NCBI GenBank assembly: GCA_037130655.1 | Contig: JBAXSP010000006.1 | Location: forward strand, 1-37,147 | DNA length: 37,147 bases | Source: a bacterium | Lineage (GTDB): Bacteria; Patescibacteriota; Minisyncoccia; Phycocordibacterales; UBA9973 | Direction: 5' to 3' | Shown here: in pieces, positions 29,968-37,147 of the stretch | Layout of the letters: each line of letters opens with the position of its first letter | Position numbering within the stretch: the first letter of the stretch is position 1 | Position numbers and translations under genes: made by a program | The notes under the pieces: model-generated | The model's database searches: none | What the model saw: the letters and a program-made list of their open reading frames with translations, nothing else | Told to the model about the DNA's origin: nothing

Positions 29968-31335
29968 TTAGAAATCTAGTTCTACTACATCTCCTTGTTC
30001 TGGTGCAGTTGCGTCAATCGTCAAATAGTCACGAAGTCGTTGCACAAGAAAAGTTGCAGATTTTGGTTCACCCATTACTACGAACACTTTCTTGACTCGG
30101 TCTTGAACATTTTCTACGAACTGTATCAAGTGATTTGAATCCTTGTGCCCTGAATAACCATCAATCTTGGCAATCTGAGCCTTGACTGCAACTTCTTGCC
30201 CATTGATACGCACACTCTTTGCCCCTTCGAGAATTGTTCGCCCCAGTGTTCCAAGTGACTGAAAACCGGTAAGCAAGAGGGTGTTTTTTTCATCAGGAAG
30301 ATAGTTGAGTTCGTGATGCAGAATTCGCCCACCGTTAGACATTCCAGAACCAGCAATAACAACCTTGGGACTTGGTGCGTGTAAAATTGCTTTTGAATCG
30401 TCTGTTTCTGGTGTTGATTGTAGTCCTGGAAAAATAAAAATATCATCCCCTGACTTTACGTGAGCTTGTGCTACATCGTTGAAATAATGTGTATAATTTC
30501 TATATACTGCAGTCAATTTGATCGCAAGCGGTGAATCAAAAAAGATCGGCATTTGTGGAATGCGTTTGTGTTCAACCAAATCATTGATTTCAAAGAGCAT
30601 TTCCTGACTTCGTTCAAGTGAGAATGTTGGTACAACAAGGACTCCTCCTCGGCGATAATTGTCTTCAAGAAATCCTTCAAGTTTCTTTTTGCGCATATCA
30701 CGATCTTCGTGATTTCGGTCTCCGTACACAGACTCCATAACCAAGTAATCCACATCACCAAGTGGTTCTGTATCACGCAAAAGTGGTGACGGAGAGTTTC
30801 CAAGGTCTCCAGTAAAGACAATGGTCTTGCCATTATATTTAAGCTCAAGCATTGCTGAACCTAAAATATGCCCTGAGTCGAGGAATTTACCTGTAAATCC
30901 GTGGTCGATATTGATAGCTTGATGATATGGCACACCTTCCCATAATTTCATTACTTGCTCCAATATTTCGTGTGTATAAATCTTATCGAGATTATGTTCC
31001 TCATCGTGTGACAAAATCTGAATGGTATCTTCAAGCATTGGACGAGCAAGATCGTGAGTTGCGTCAGTAGAAATAATTCTTCCACGAAAACCATCATGCA
31101 CCAACTTTGGAATACGTCCGATATGATCAATGTGCGCATGAGTAACAAACAAAATATCAATTTTTGTCAGATCATACGGAAAAGCAGACCAGTTTGTTTC
31201 ATCAGCAAGTCCTGTCCCCTGTTCTAGTCCGCAGTCAATAATAAATTTTTTATCTTCATTTTCAATCAAAAAATTGGCACCAGTAACTGAGCCAGTACCC
31301 GCACAAAACGTCAATTTTAGTTTTTTCTTTTCCAT
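29968..31335 (-). CDS. MBL-fold beta-CASP nuclease (YSH1/CPSF-like)
   Basis: VTGANFL, THAHIDHIG, SGHILGS, MESVYGDR, SGMSNGGRI, YSGHKD. Confidence 0.92.
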   Translation of the reverse strand: MEKKKLKLTFCAGTGSVTGANFLIENEDKKFIIDCGLEQGTGLADETNWSAFPYDLTKIDILFVTHAHIDHIGRIPKLVHDGFRGRIISTDATHDLARPMLEDTIQILSHDEEHNLDKIYTHEILEQVMKLWEGVPYHQAINIDHGFTGKFLDSGHILGSAMLELKYNGKTIVFTGDLGNSPSPLLRDTEPLGDVDYLVMESVYGDRNHEDRDMRKKKLEGFLEDNYRRGGVLVVPTFSLERSQEMLFEINDLVEHKRIPQMPIFFDSPLAIKLTAVYRNYTHYFNDVAQAHVKSGDDIFIFPGLQSTPETDDSKAILHAPSPKVVIAGSGMSNGGRILHHELNYLPDEKNTLLLTGFQSLGTLGRTILEGAKSVRINGQEVAVKAQIAKIDGYSGHKDSNHLIQFVENVQDRVKKVFVVMGEPKSATFLVQRLRDYLTIDATAPEQGDVVELDF

Positions 31336-31339
31336 TACT

Positions 31340-31723
31340 TTATTTTAACATTAAGCGTCTTAAAAGAATGAGGGAAAAAGTTCCACCTGCCATATCAAAA
31401 AATAGATCCGAAGTAGAGTCGAGTGGATTTGCCAAATTTGAACCAGTTAGTATTTGAATTGCATATTCATAACCTTCCCACATCACCCCAATAGCAAACA
31501 CACCGAGTAGTGTAATGATGATTTTTTCTCGATTTGAACTCTGTTTGTCGGTATAAGCAATCACCAGCAACATCAACAGTCCCAAGAAATACCCTCCGAG
31601 AAAATGCATTGGCATATCAAACCACCAAATCGATGAATACCAGTAGAATTTGTGAGCGAGTGTGTTGAGCCCCCAGACAATTAAAATAGTAAAAAGAAGT
31701 TTTTTGCGAAGTGTTTGTAACAT
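31340..31723 (-). CDS. Small integral membrane protein
   Basis: About 4 TM segments; WWFDMPMHFLGG, WEGYEY, DSTSDLFFDMAG (DUF2238/VanZ-like pattern). Confidence 0.75.
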   Translation of the reverse strand: MLQTLRKKLLFTILIVWGLNTLAHKFYWYSSIWWFDMPMHFLGGYFLGLLMLLVIAYTDKQSSNREKIIITLLGVFAIGVMWEGYEYAIQILTGSNLANPLDSTSDLFFDMAGGTFSLILLRRLMLK

Positions 31724-31771
31724 GGAAGTAATTATATAATGACCAATAACTAATGACTAATTCTAGTAGAA

Positions 31772-31805
31772 AAAGAAAAATCTTCCTTACGGAAGATTTT
31801 TCTTT
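31772..31805 (-). terminator. Terminator of the adjacent small RNA
   Basis: AAAGAAAAATCTTCC-TTAC-GGAAGATTTTTCTTT. Confidence 0.75.
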
Positions 31806-31932
31806 ACGGCTATCCGGTATATTAACCTAGCTATTGCTAGGTGGGTGTACTGCCAAAGTATTCCATACGGTAACTTTGGACTCCATACTCCCTAATATAT
31901 TGGTGTTCTAGATAATACACCAAGATACCCGT
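31806..31932 (-). ncRNA. Small structured RNA, probable reduced 6S RNA
   Basis: TATACT 6 nt upstream; ends pair (ACGGGTATC/GATAGCCGT); internal GGGAG...ACCCACC and hairpins; terminator directly downstream; no ORF. Confidence 0.55.
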
Positions 31933-32040
31933 GAGACTAGTATACGCTAAAAAAGTTTTCCACAGAACTAGACGAGAGAAAATTTTATTTTTGAATGACG
32001 TTTTTTATCATTCAACCACAAAAATTATTTTCGTCATCAA

Positions 32041-32556
32041 TTATTTTTTTGGCTGAGTGAATACTTCGTGAGCTACAGAGTAATCAAACAATTCACTTTC
32101 TGCAAACCAGTGTGCGATTTCCAATTTTGCTTCATCCGCATCACCTGAAGCGTGAATAATATTTGGAATACCTACTTTGTGAGCATCACCGTGTCCATAA
32201 CTCATATGAGCGTAATCTCCACGAATTGTTCCAGGCAAAGCACTTTTTGGTTCTGTAGCACCTACCATTTTACGAACGAGTGATGCTGATTCAATTCCTT
32301 CAAGTACCATAGCAAGCACTGGACCTGATTGCATCATTGCAAGTGTCATATTGAACACTTCTTCTCCGCGACGTGAGATCACTTTTCCGATAGCTTCGTA
32401 GTGATGGTGAAATTGCTCATAGGTTGGTGTGAGCATTTTTGCTCCAACAATCTTGAGTCCAACCTTTTCAAAACGAGACAGTACTTCGCCAGTAATACCA
32501 CGTTTTAGTGCGTCTGGCTTGAAAATAATAAGGGTGCGTTCCATTTTTTCTTGCAT
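32041..32556 (-). CDS. ndk: Nucleoside diphosphate kinase
   Basis: ERTLIIFKPDA, GATEP...PGTIRGDY, NIIHAS. Confidence 0.95.
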   Translation of the reverse strand: MQEKMERTLIIFKPDALKRGITGEVLSRFEKVGLKIVGAKMLTPTYEQFHHHYEAIGKVISRRGEEVFNMTLAMMQSGPVLAMVLEGIESASLVRKMVGATEPKSALPGTIRGDYAHMSYGHGDAHKVGIPNIIHASGDADEAKLEIAHWFAESELFDYSVAHEVFTQPKK

Positions 32557-32630
32557 ATATATTATAAGGATAATTACTAAACAATATCGGTATCATAACA
32601 AAAAAGACCTTTATTTCAAAGTCTTTTTTA

Positions 32631-32661
32631 TTAGTCATTAGTCACCGGTCATTAGTCATTA
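32631..32661. repeat. TTAGTCA heptamer array overlapping a stop codon
   Basis: TTAGTCA TTAGTCA CCGGTCA TTAGTCA TTA. Confidence 0.75.
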
Positions 32662-35424
32662 CTTGCGGTATTTTGCCATAATTTCGGCTTCTACTTCTTC
32701 TCGCAGTCTACCGTATTTAACATATGAAAGTTCTTTCAATGAATCAACAATTGCTTTATTCCCTACTGGAAATTCTGCCAAATGCATATTGAATGGTTTT
32801 TGTGTTGGTACACCATTTACAATCATCGAAACGTACGCATTCAAATTTTCTTGCTTCGTAATATCACTTGCGGTAAAGGTCGGAGCAAATTTTGATTCCA
32901 AGAATGTTGCATCTTCTGGAGACACGCGCATGACACACATTGAGCCCACGTTTCCAAAGATTGCATTCTTTGTATCTTCTGGAAGCTGTGCAATGTATTG
33001 GTGAGCCACATTCAATGACAATCGATATTTTCGAGCTTCGGACAAAATAGATGCGATTGCTGGAGTGGTGACGTTTTGGAATTCATCGATATACAAATAG
33101 AAATCATTTTTTTGTTCACCGCGCATATCAGTTCGAGAAAGTGCAGCCATTTGAATCTTGCCAACCAAAATGAGGCCGATCAAATTCGCATTGATTTCTC
33201 CCAATCGTCCTTTTGACAAATTGACCAACAAAATCTTTTTCTCGTCCATAATCTTTCGAAAATTAAAGACTGAATTTTGTTGTCCAATAACTGGTCGCAT
33301 AATGTCGTTTGAAACAAATGGATCAAACTTACTCGAAATATATGGCACGAAGTTTGCCAATCCTTGATCCCCTGTTGTCGCCTCAGCGGCTGTCCAGAAT
33401 TGATGGATGATTGGATTTTTACATTTAGATAATTTCAAATCTCTGAATGCTTTGTCTTGCAATACACGAGTAATTTCAAGCAATGTTGAACCAGATTCTG
33501 GGTCTTCCATGACAAGCATCGCAGCATTTCTGAAATATTGTTCAAACATCGCCCCGCCACCGGCTTTCATATCGAAGAGTTGATTGAAGATATTCATCAT
33601 CTCGTTGATGACAAAGGTCTTTTGTTCAGGAAATCGTTCATCATATTCGAGCATATTGAGCCCCATTGGACGCGCAGTATATGCTGGATCAAAGTAAATC
33701 ACATCATCGATACGGTGCGGTGGAATATACGAAAGAATATCTTGCACATCGTCACCGTGTGGATCGATAAAACAACAACCGTCACCATTTTCAATATCTT
33801 GTTTGATGAGCTGTTTAAGAGTGACTGTTTTACCAGTTCCTGTCTGACCGATCACATACAAGTGGCGCATACGATCTTCTCGGGAAAAATGAATTGGTGT
33901 ACGGACCCCGCGGTATTCGTTGTACCCGAGCAATACGCCATTTTTACTCATCTCAATTGGAGCAGGACCTTGACCTGCGCGAGCTTGCTCAACATTAACC
34001 ATAGAACCGATACCGTATGGAAAGTGCACAAGCGTAGCCAATTCTTTCAAATTCATTACCATTCGTTCATCGTCTCTAAAATTACGAAAGGTAAAATCTC
34101 GTGCAACTTCAGTTTGATTATTCTTTTTCAGTTCTTTGAAATGGATTGCATTGCTTCCCGCTCGAGTAAATTGAGCAAAAACTGATTCAAGGTCATTCAA
34201 CATACTTTTTGCGCGATCTGCTGTTTCAGCAGAAGTAAACATACGAATATTTACTCCGGTCATTGTACTCTTTAATTTATCATTGATTGCAGAAACAACT
34301 TTTTCATCAGGCTCCTTTTTTTCTTCTTTCTTTTCATCTTTTTCATCAGAGTCACTAAACATTCCGAACAATGGATTGAAAATCAAATCCTTGGTTGCAT
34401 TTTTTAAGTCTGTATCAAACTCACCAAAAATACCACTTTTTTCCTTTTCTATTTTTTCACCTTTTTGTGCTTGCCCAAGTAAACTATGAAAATGTTTGAT
34501 TGACCCTTCATCACTTGGACGAATGATAAATTGAATGGCTGCACCTTCACCCGTTGCTTTGATTTTGTTGAATGCATTGATGATTGATTCTATTGGGTCT
34601 TGATCGAGCATGTCATAGGTCTTGATTGGAAACACATCATTCTCTGCATAAAAACCTACCGCACCAGAAACAGCACAATTTGGCGCAAAAATATTGTAGT
34701 CATTCGGAGCTTCTTCAATACGAGCAAGCGGATAGACTGAAAGTAATTGTTTTTCAAATAATTCTATTTTTGATCGCGGAACACCAACAAACAATACAAC
34801 TTGCTCTTCGTTGTGTGAAATAGTAAATTCAATTGAATAATGACTTTCGTCTTTGTTATCTCTACCGTCTCCAATAAATTGCATTCCTGCAAAAAATTGC
34901 TCAATTGCACCAAGGATAATTTTCCAATCACGTGTATCTGATGCGTTTTTGTCTGGCATTGAAATCTTGAACAATGCCGTATTCAACGATTTATGCAAAG
35001 CTGTCCCCTCTTTGAGTCCAGGAATTTTTTGTTCAGCAATAAGATACTGCACCAAAAAACGATGAAAATCATCTTCAATGTGTGGGTCGTTCATTTTTTC
35101 GACAACTGACAACGCATTACGAACACCTTTTGAAAGTAAAATACCGAGTAATTCTTCCATCGTTCGATCATGAGATTCTGGTTCAAGTCTAAGTACCAGT
35201 GCCTGCTCGTGCTTTTCTGGAAGATGTAACGATTGTGCGAGCACTTGTTCTTTTGGTACCTCAGCGTATTGTTTAACAACTTCAAGAGAAGCTTGTTCTT
35301 TGGGATTTTCGTGACCTTCCCGTTTGAGTAACGCTTCGCGTTCTTTGAGGTGATTACGTAAATAGAGTAATTCTTCTTCTGGACTAGAAAAATTTTGAGA
35401 AATGATTTGCTCTTTGAATTGCAT
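32659..35424 (-). CDS. VirD4/TrwB/HerA-like ATPase (type IV secretion coupling-protein-like)
   Basis: RMRHLYVIGQTGTGKT, FIDPHGD, LYIDEFQN, LSEARKYRL..AHQYIAQL, AIFGNVGS. Confidence 0.88.
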   Translation of the reverse strand: MQFKEQIISQNFSSPEEELLYLRNHLKEREALLKREGHENPKEQASLEVVKQYAEVPKEQVLAQSLHLPEKHEQALVLRLEPESHDRTMEELLGILLSKGVRNALSVVEKMNDPHIEDDFHRFLVQYLIAEQKIPGLKEGTALHKSLNTALFKISMPDKNASDTRDWKIILGAIEQFFAGMQFIGDGRDNKDESHYSIEFTISHNEEQVVLFVGVPRSKIELFEKQLLSVYPLARIEEAPNDYNIFAPNCAVSGAVGFYAENDVFPIKTYDMLDQDPIESIINAFNKIKATGEGAAIQFIIRPSDEGSIKHFHSLLGQAQKGEKIEKEKSGIFGEFDTDLKNATKDLIFNPLFGMFSDSDEKDEKKEEKKEPDEKVVSAINDKLKSTMTGVNIRMFTSAETADRAKSMLNDLESVFAQFTRAGSNAIHFKELKKNNQTEVARDFTFRNFRDDERMVMNLKELATLVHFPYGIGSMVNVEQARAGQGPAPIEMSKNGVLLGYNEYRGVRTPIHFSREDRMRHLYVIGQTGTGKTVTLKQLIKQDIENGDGCCFIDPHGDDVQDILSYIPPHRIDDVIYFDPAYTARPMGLNMLEYDERFPEQKTFVINEMMNIFNQLFDMKAGGGAMFEQYFRNAAMLVMEDPESGSTLLEITRVLQDKAFRDLKLSKCKNPIIHQFWTAAEATTGDQGLANFVPYISSKFDPFVSNDIMRPVIGQQNSVFNFRKIMDEKKILLVNLSKGRLGEINANLIGLILVGKIQMAALSRTDMRGEQKNDFYLYIDEFQNVTTPAIASILSEARKYRLSLNVAHQYIAQLPEDTKNAIFGNVGSMCVMRVSPEDATFLESKFAPTFTASDITKQENLNAYVSMIVNGVPTQKPFNMHLAEFPVGNKAIVDSLKELSYVKYGRLREEVEAEIMAKYRK

Positions 35425-35440
35425 AGATAAAGTATAACAG

Positions 35441-35530
35441 AAATTACGAATTAGGAATTAATAATTAGGAATGGAAAACTTCGAAGCGCGAAAACCAGAG
35501 GTTTTCGCGCTTGTAATTTAATTCGTAATT
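35441..35530. repeat. AATTAGG/AATTACG heptamers around a GC hairpin (35484-35512), probable map terminator
   Basis: AATTACG AATTAGG AATTAAT AATTAGG ... AAGCGCGAAAACC-AGA-GGTTTTCGCGCTT ... TTCGTAATT. Confidence 0.7.
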
Positions 35531-35538
35531 TAAAATTG

Positions 35539-36312
35539 TTATTCTAACTCCGTTAGAATAATTGGTCCATCTTCGGTAATAGCAACTGTATGTTCAAAAT
35601 GAGCTGATTTTGATCCATCAGCGGTCTTAATAGTATATCCATCTGATAGTGAGACAATATCTGGTTTGCCGATGGTAATCATTGGTTCAATAGCAATCAC
35701 CATTCCCGGCTGAAGCAGTACTCCTGCGCCATTTTTGCCGTAGTTTGGAATGTATGGATCTTCATGAATATGTTTTCCAACCCCATGCCCCGCAAGTTCT
35801 CGAACAACACCGAAACCATGTGGACGAACAACCGCAGATACTGCGTAGCCAATATCACCAGTCTTATTACCAACTTTTGCCATAGCGATTCCTGCCATCA
35901 ATGATTCTTTTGTGACTTGCAATAACTCTCTCGTCACTTTCGTTCCCTCACCAACAATAACTGTCGTTGCGTGATCAGTAAACAATCCTTTGTGCTTGAG
36001 TCCGCAGTCGATTGAAACAACATCACCATTTTTCAAAATAGTTTCTTTCTTGGGAATTCCATGCACGATTTCACTGTTGACTGACACACACAATGCACAC
36101 GGAAATGGCGTAGGAGCTCCTTCAGGACGATAATTGAGGAATGCTGGAATATCTCCCCCTTCTGCAATCAGTTCCAGTGCTCGCTCTTCTAGATCCCAAG
36201 TACTCATACCAGCTTTTGTTTCTTTTGCTAATGTATCCACAATAAAAGCCAAGCGTTTTCCACCTTCTTTCAAAATCCCTATTTCTTCTTTTGTTTTGAT
36301 TATGATTTTCAT
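35539..36312 (-). CDS. map: Methionine aminopeptidase type I
   Basis: CVSVNSEIVHGIP, DVVSIDCG, GHGVG..IHEDP, AIEPM, SAHFEHTV. Confidence 0.97.
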   Translation of the reverse strand: MKIIIKTKEEIGILKEGGKRLAFIVDTLAKETKAGMSTWDLEERALELIAEGGDIPAFLNYRPEGAPTPFPCALCVSVNSEIVHGIPKKETILKNGDVVSIDCGLKHKGLFTDHATTVIVGEGTKVTRELLQVTKESLMAGIAMAKVGNKTGDIGYAVSAVVRPHGFGVVRELAGHGVGKHIHEDPYIPNYGKNGAGVLLQPGMVIAIEPMITIGKPDIVSLSDGYTIKTADGSKSAHFEHTVAITEDGPIILTELE

Positions 36313-36486
36313 TCTAATTTATTTTTCAATTACACAAATTGGATAATTTCCTGGATTACTTCCGCCCCCGAGATCAAGACATTTATCATTATACCAAAAA
36401 GTTTTCCATTGAATGCCTGACCAAAAAGAAAGTAGCATCGCAACAATTATTAATATAATTTTTAAATATTTTGTCATATATACCTT

Positions 36487-37071
36487 TTATACTAGTTCTA
36501 TATTTTTTATAATTTCTTCATGAACTTCCTCTATTGTTTGCTCTCCATTTATATCGTGAAATTTGTACATTGGAAGTTCGTGGAAATACGCCATTGCTGG
36601 AATGACATTCCAATCAAACCAAGACAAGCGTTTCTGTATTTCATCTGCATGATCATCTGCACGCCCTCGCCCAAGGAGCCGCTCTGTTGCCCATTCCTCT
36701 GAAACATTCACATAGACAACATGCATATGTTCTCTTCCCAAGAAACGTAACGCATTATCCAAAATTGGGGCTTCGTGCGGACGACGAGCAACGCCATCCA
36801 AAATCAAATCCTCATCACCTGAAACATTTTTAACTAAAAAATCTGACCACATCCAGATTGGTAAAAATTCTGGCAACAATTCACCGTGAGCCATTTGTTC
36901 TTTGGCTTTTTGTGCAGCAAAAGAATCACCTTCGATAAAAGCACGAAAAGCTGCACCTGTTTCGATATACCGAACAGTACGCCCTGCTTTTTCTAATTGC
37001 TCTTTGAGTAGTTGCGCCTGTGTCCCCTTACCGGCACCTGAGCGACCGAAGAAAATGTATGTAGAATTCAT
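36487..37071 (-). CDS. adk: Adenylate/nucleoside monophosphate kinase, short-LID type
   Basis: GRSGAGKGTQA, ILDGVARR, RGRADD. Confidence 0.8.
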   Translation of the reverse strand: MNSTYIFFGRSGAGKGTQAQLLKEQLEKAGRTVRYIETGAAFRAFIEGDSFAAQKAKEQMAHGELLPEFLPIWMWSDFLVKNVSGDEDLILDGVARRPHEAPILDNALRFLGREHMHVVYVNVSEEWATERLLGRGRADDHADEIQKRLSWFDWNVIPAMAYFHELPMYKFHDINGEQTIEEVHEEIIKNIELV

Positions 37072-37085
37072 ATAAGGTAATTATA

Positions 37086-37147
37086 TAATGACTAATGACT
37101 AATGACTAATGACTAATGACTAATGACTAATGACTAATGACTAATGA
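37086..37147. repeat. Perfect TAATGAC tandem array running off the window end
   Basis: Eight complete units plus TAATGA. Confidence 0.95.

Noticed and set aside
33538-34185. 215-aa plus-strand ORF and similar nested ORFs elsewhere
   Set aside because: Antisense or alternate-frame shadows of well-supported genes.
37086-37147. CRISPR array or telomere
   Set aside because: No spacers or cas genes; the same unit occurs internally, so an assembly break at a tandem repeat is more likely.

Overview
This is a low-GC chromosomal segment, most consistent with a Candidate Phyla Radiation (Patescibacteria, Parcubacteria-type) bacterium. That call rests on 16S signature changes, an unlinked 16S gene with a large insertion, a stand-alone VirD4/TrwB-like ATPase and giant fibre/Cys-repeat surface proteins. 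Housekeeping genes present: secG, RNase J, two pseudouridine synthases, recG, ftsH, smpB, infC-rpmI-rplT, a beta-CASP nuclease, ndk, map and an adenylate kinase. RNA genes present: 16S rRNA, tRNA-Ile(UAU), tmRNA and a probable short 6S-like RNA. Most notable observations: (1) the 16S 3' tail lacks the anti-Shine-Dalgarno, and 11 genes have a -10 box only 6-8 nt before the ATG, suggesting largely leaderless, SD-independent translation; (2) a shared structured element follows both tRNA-Ile and tmRNA and base-pairs with their 3' ends, and it carries a nested module that recurs with compensatory changes between the kinase and regulator genes; (3) a protein with a Bacteroidota T9SS sorting domain sits in a CPR genome; (4) heptamer arrays abut promoters. 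All calls are by eye; no searches were run.
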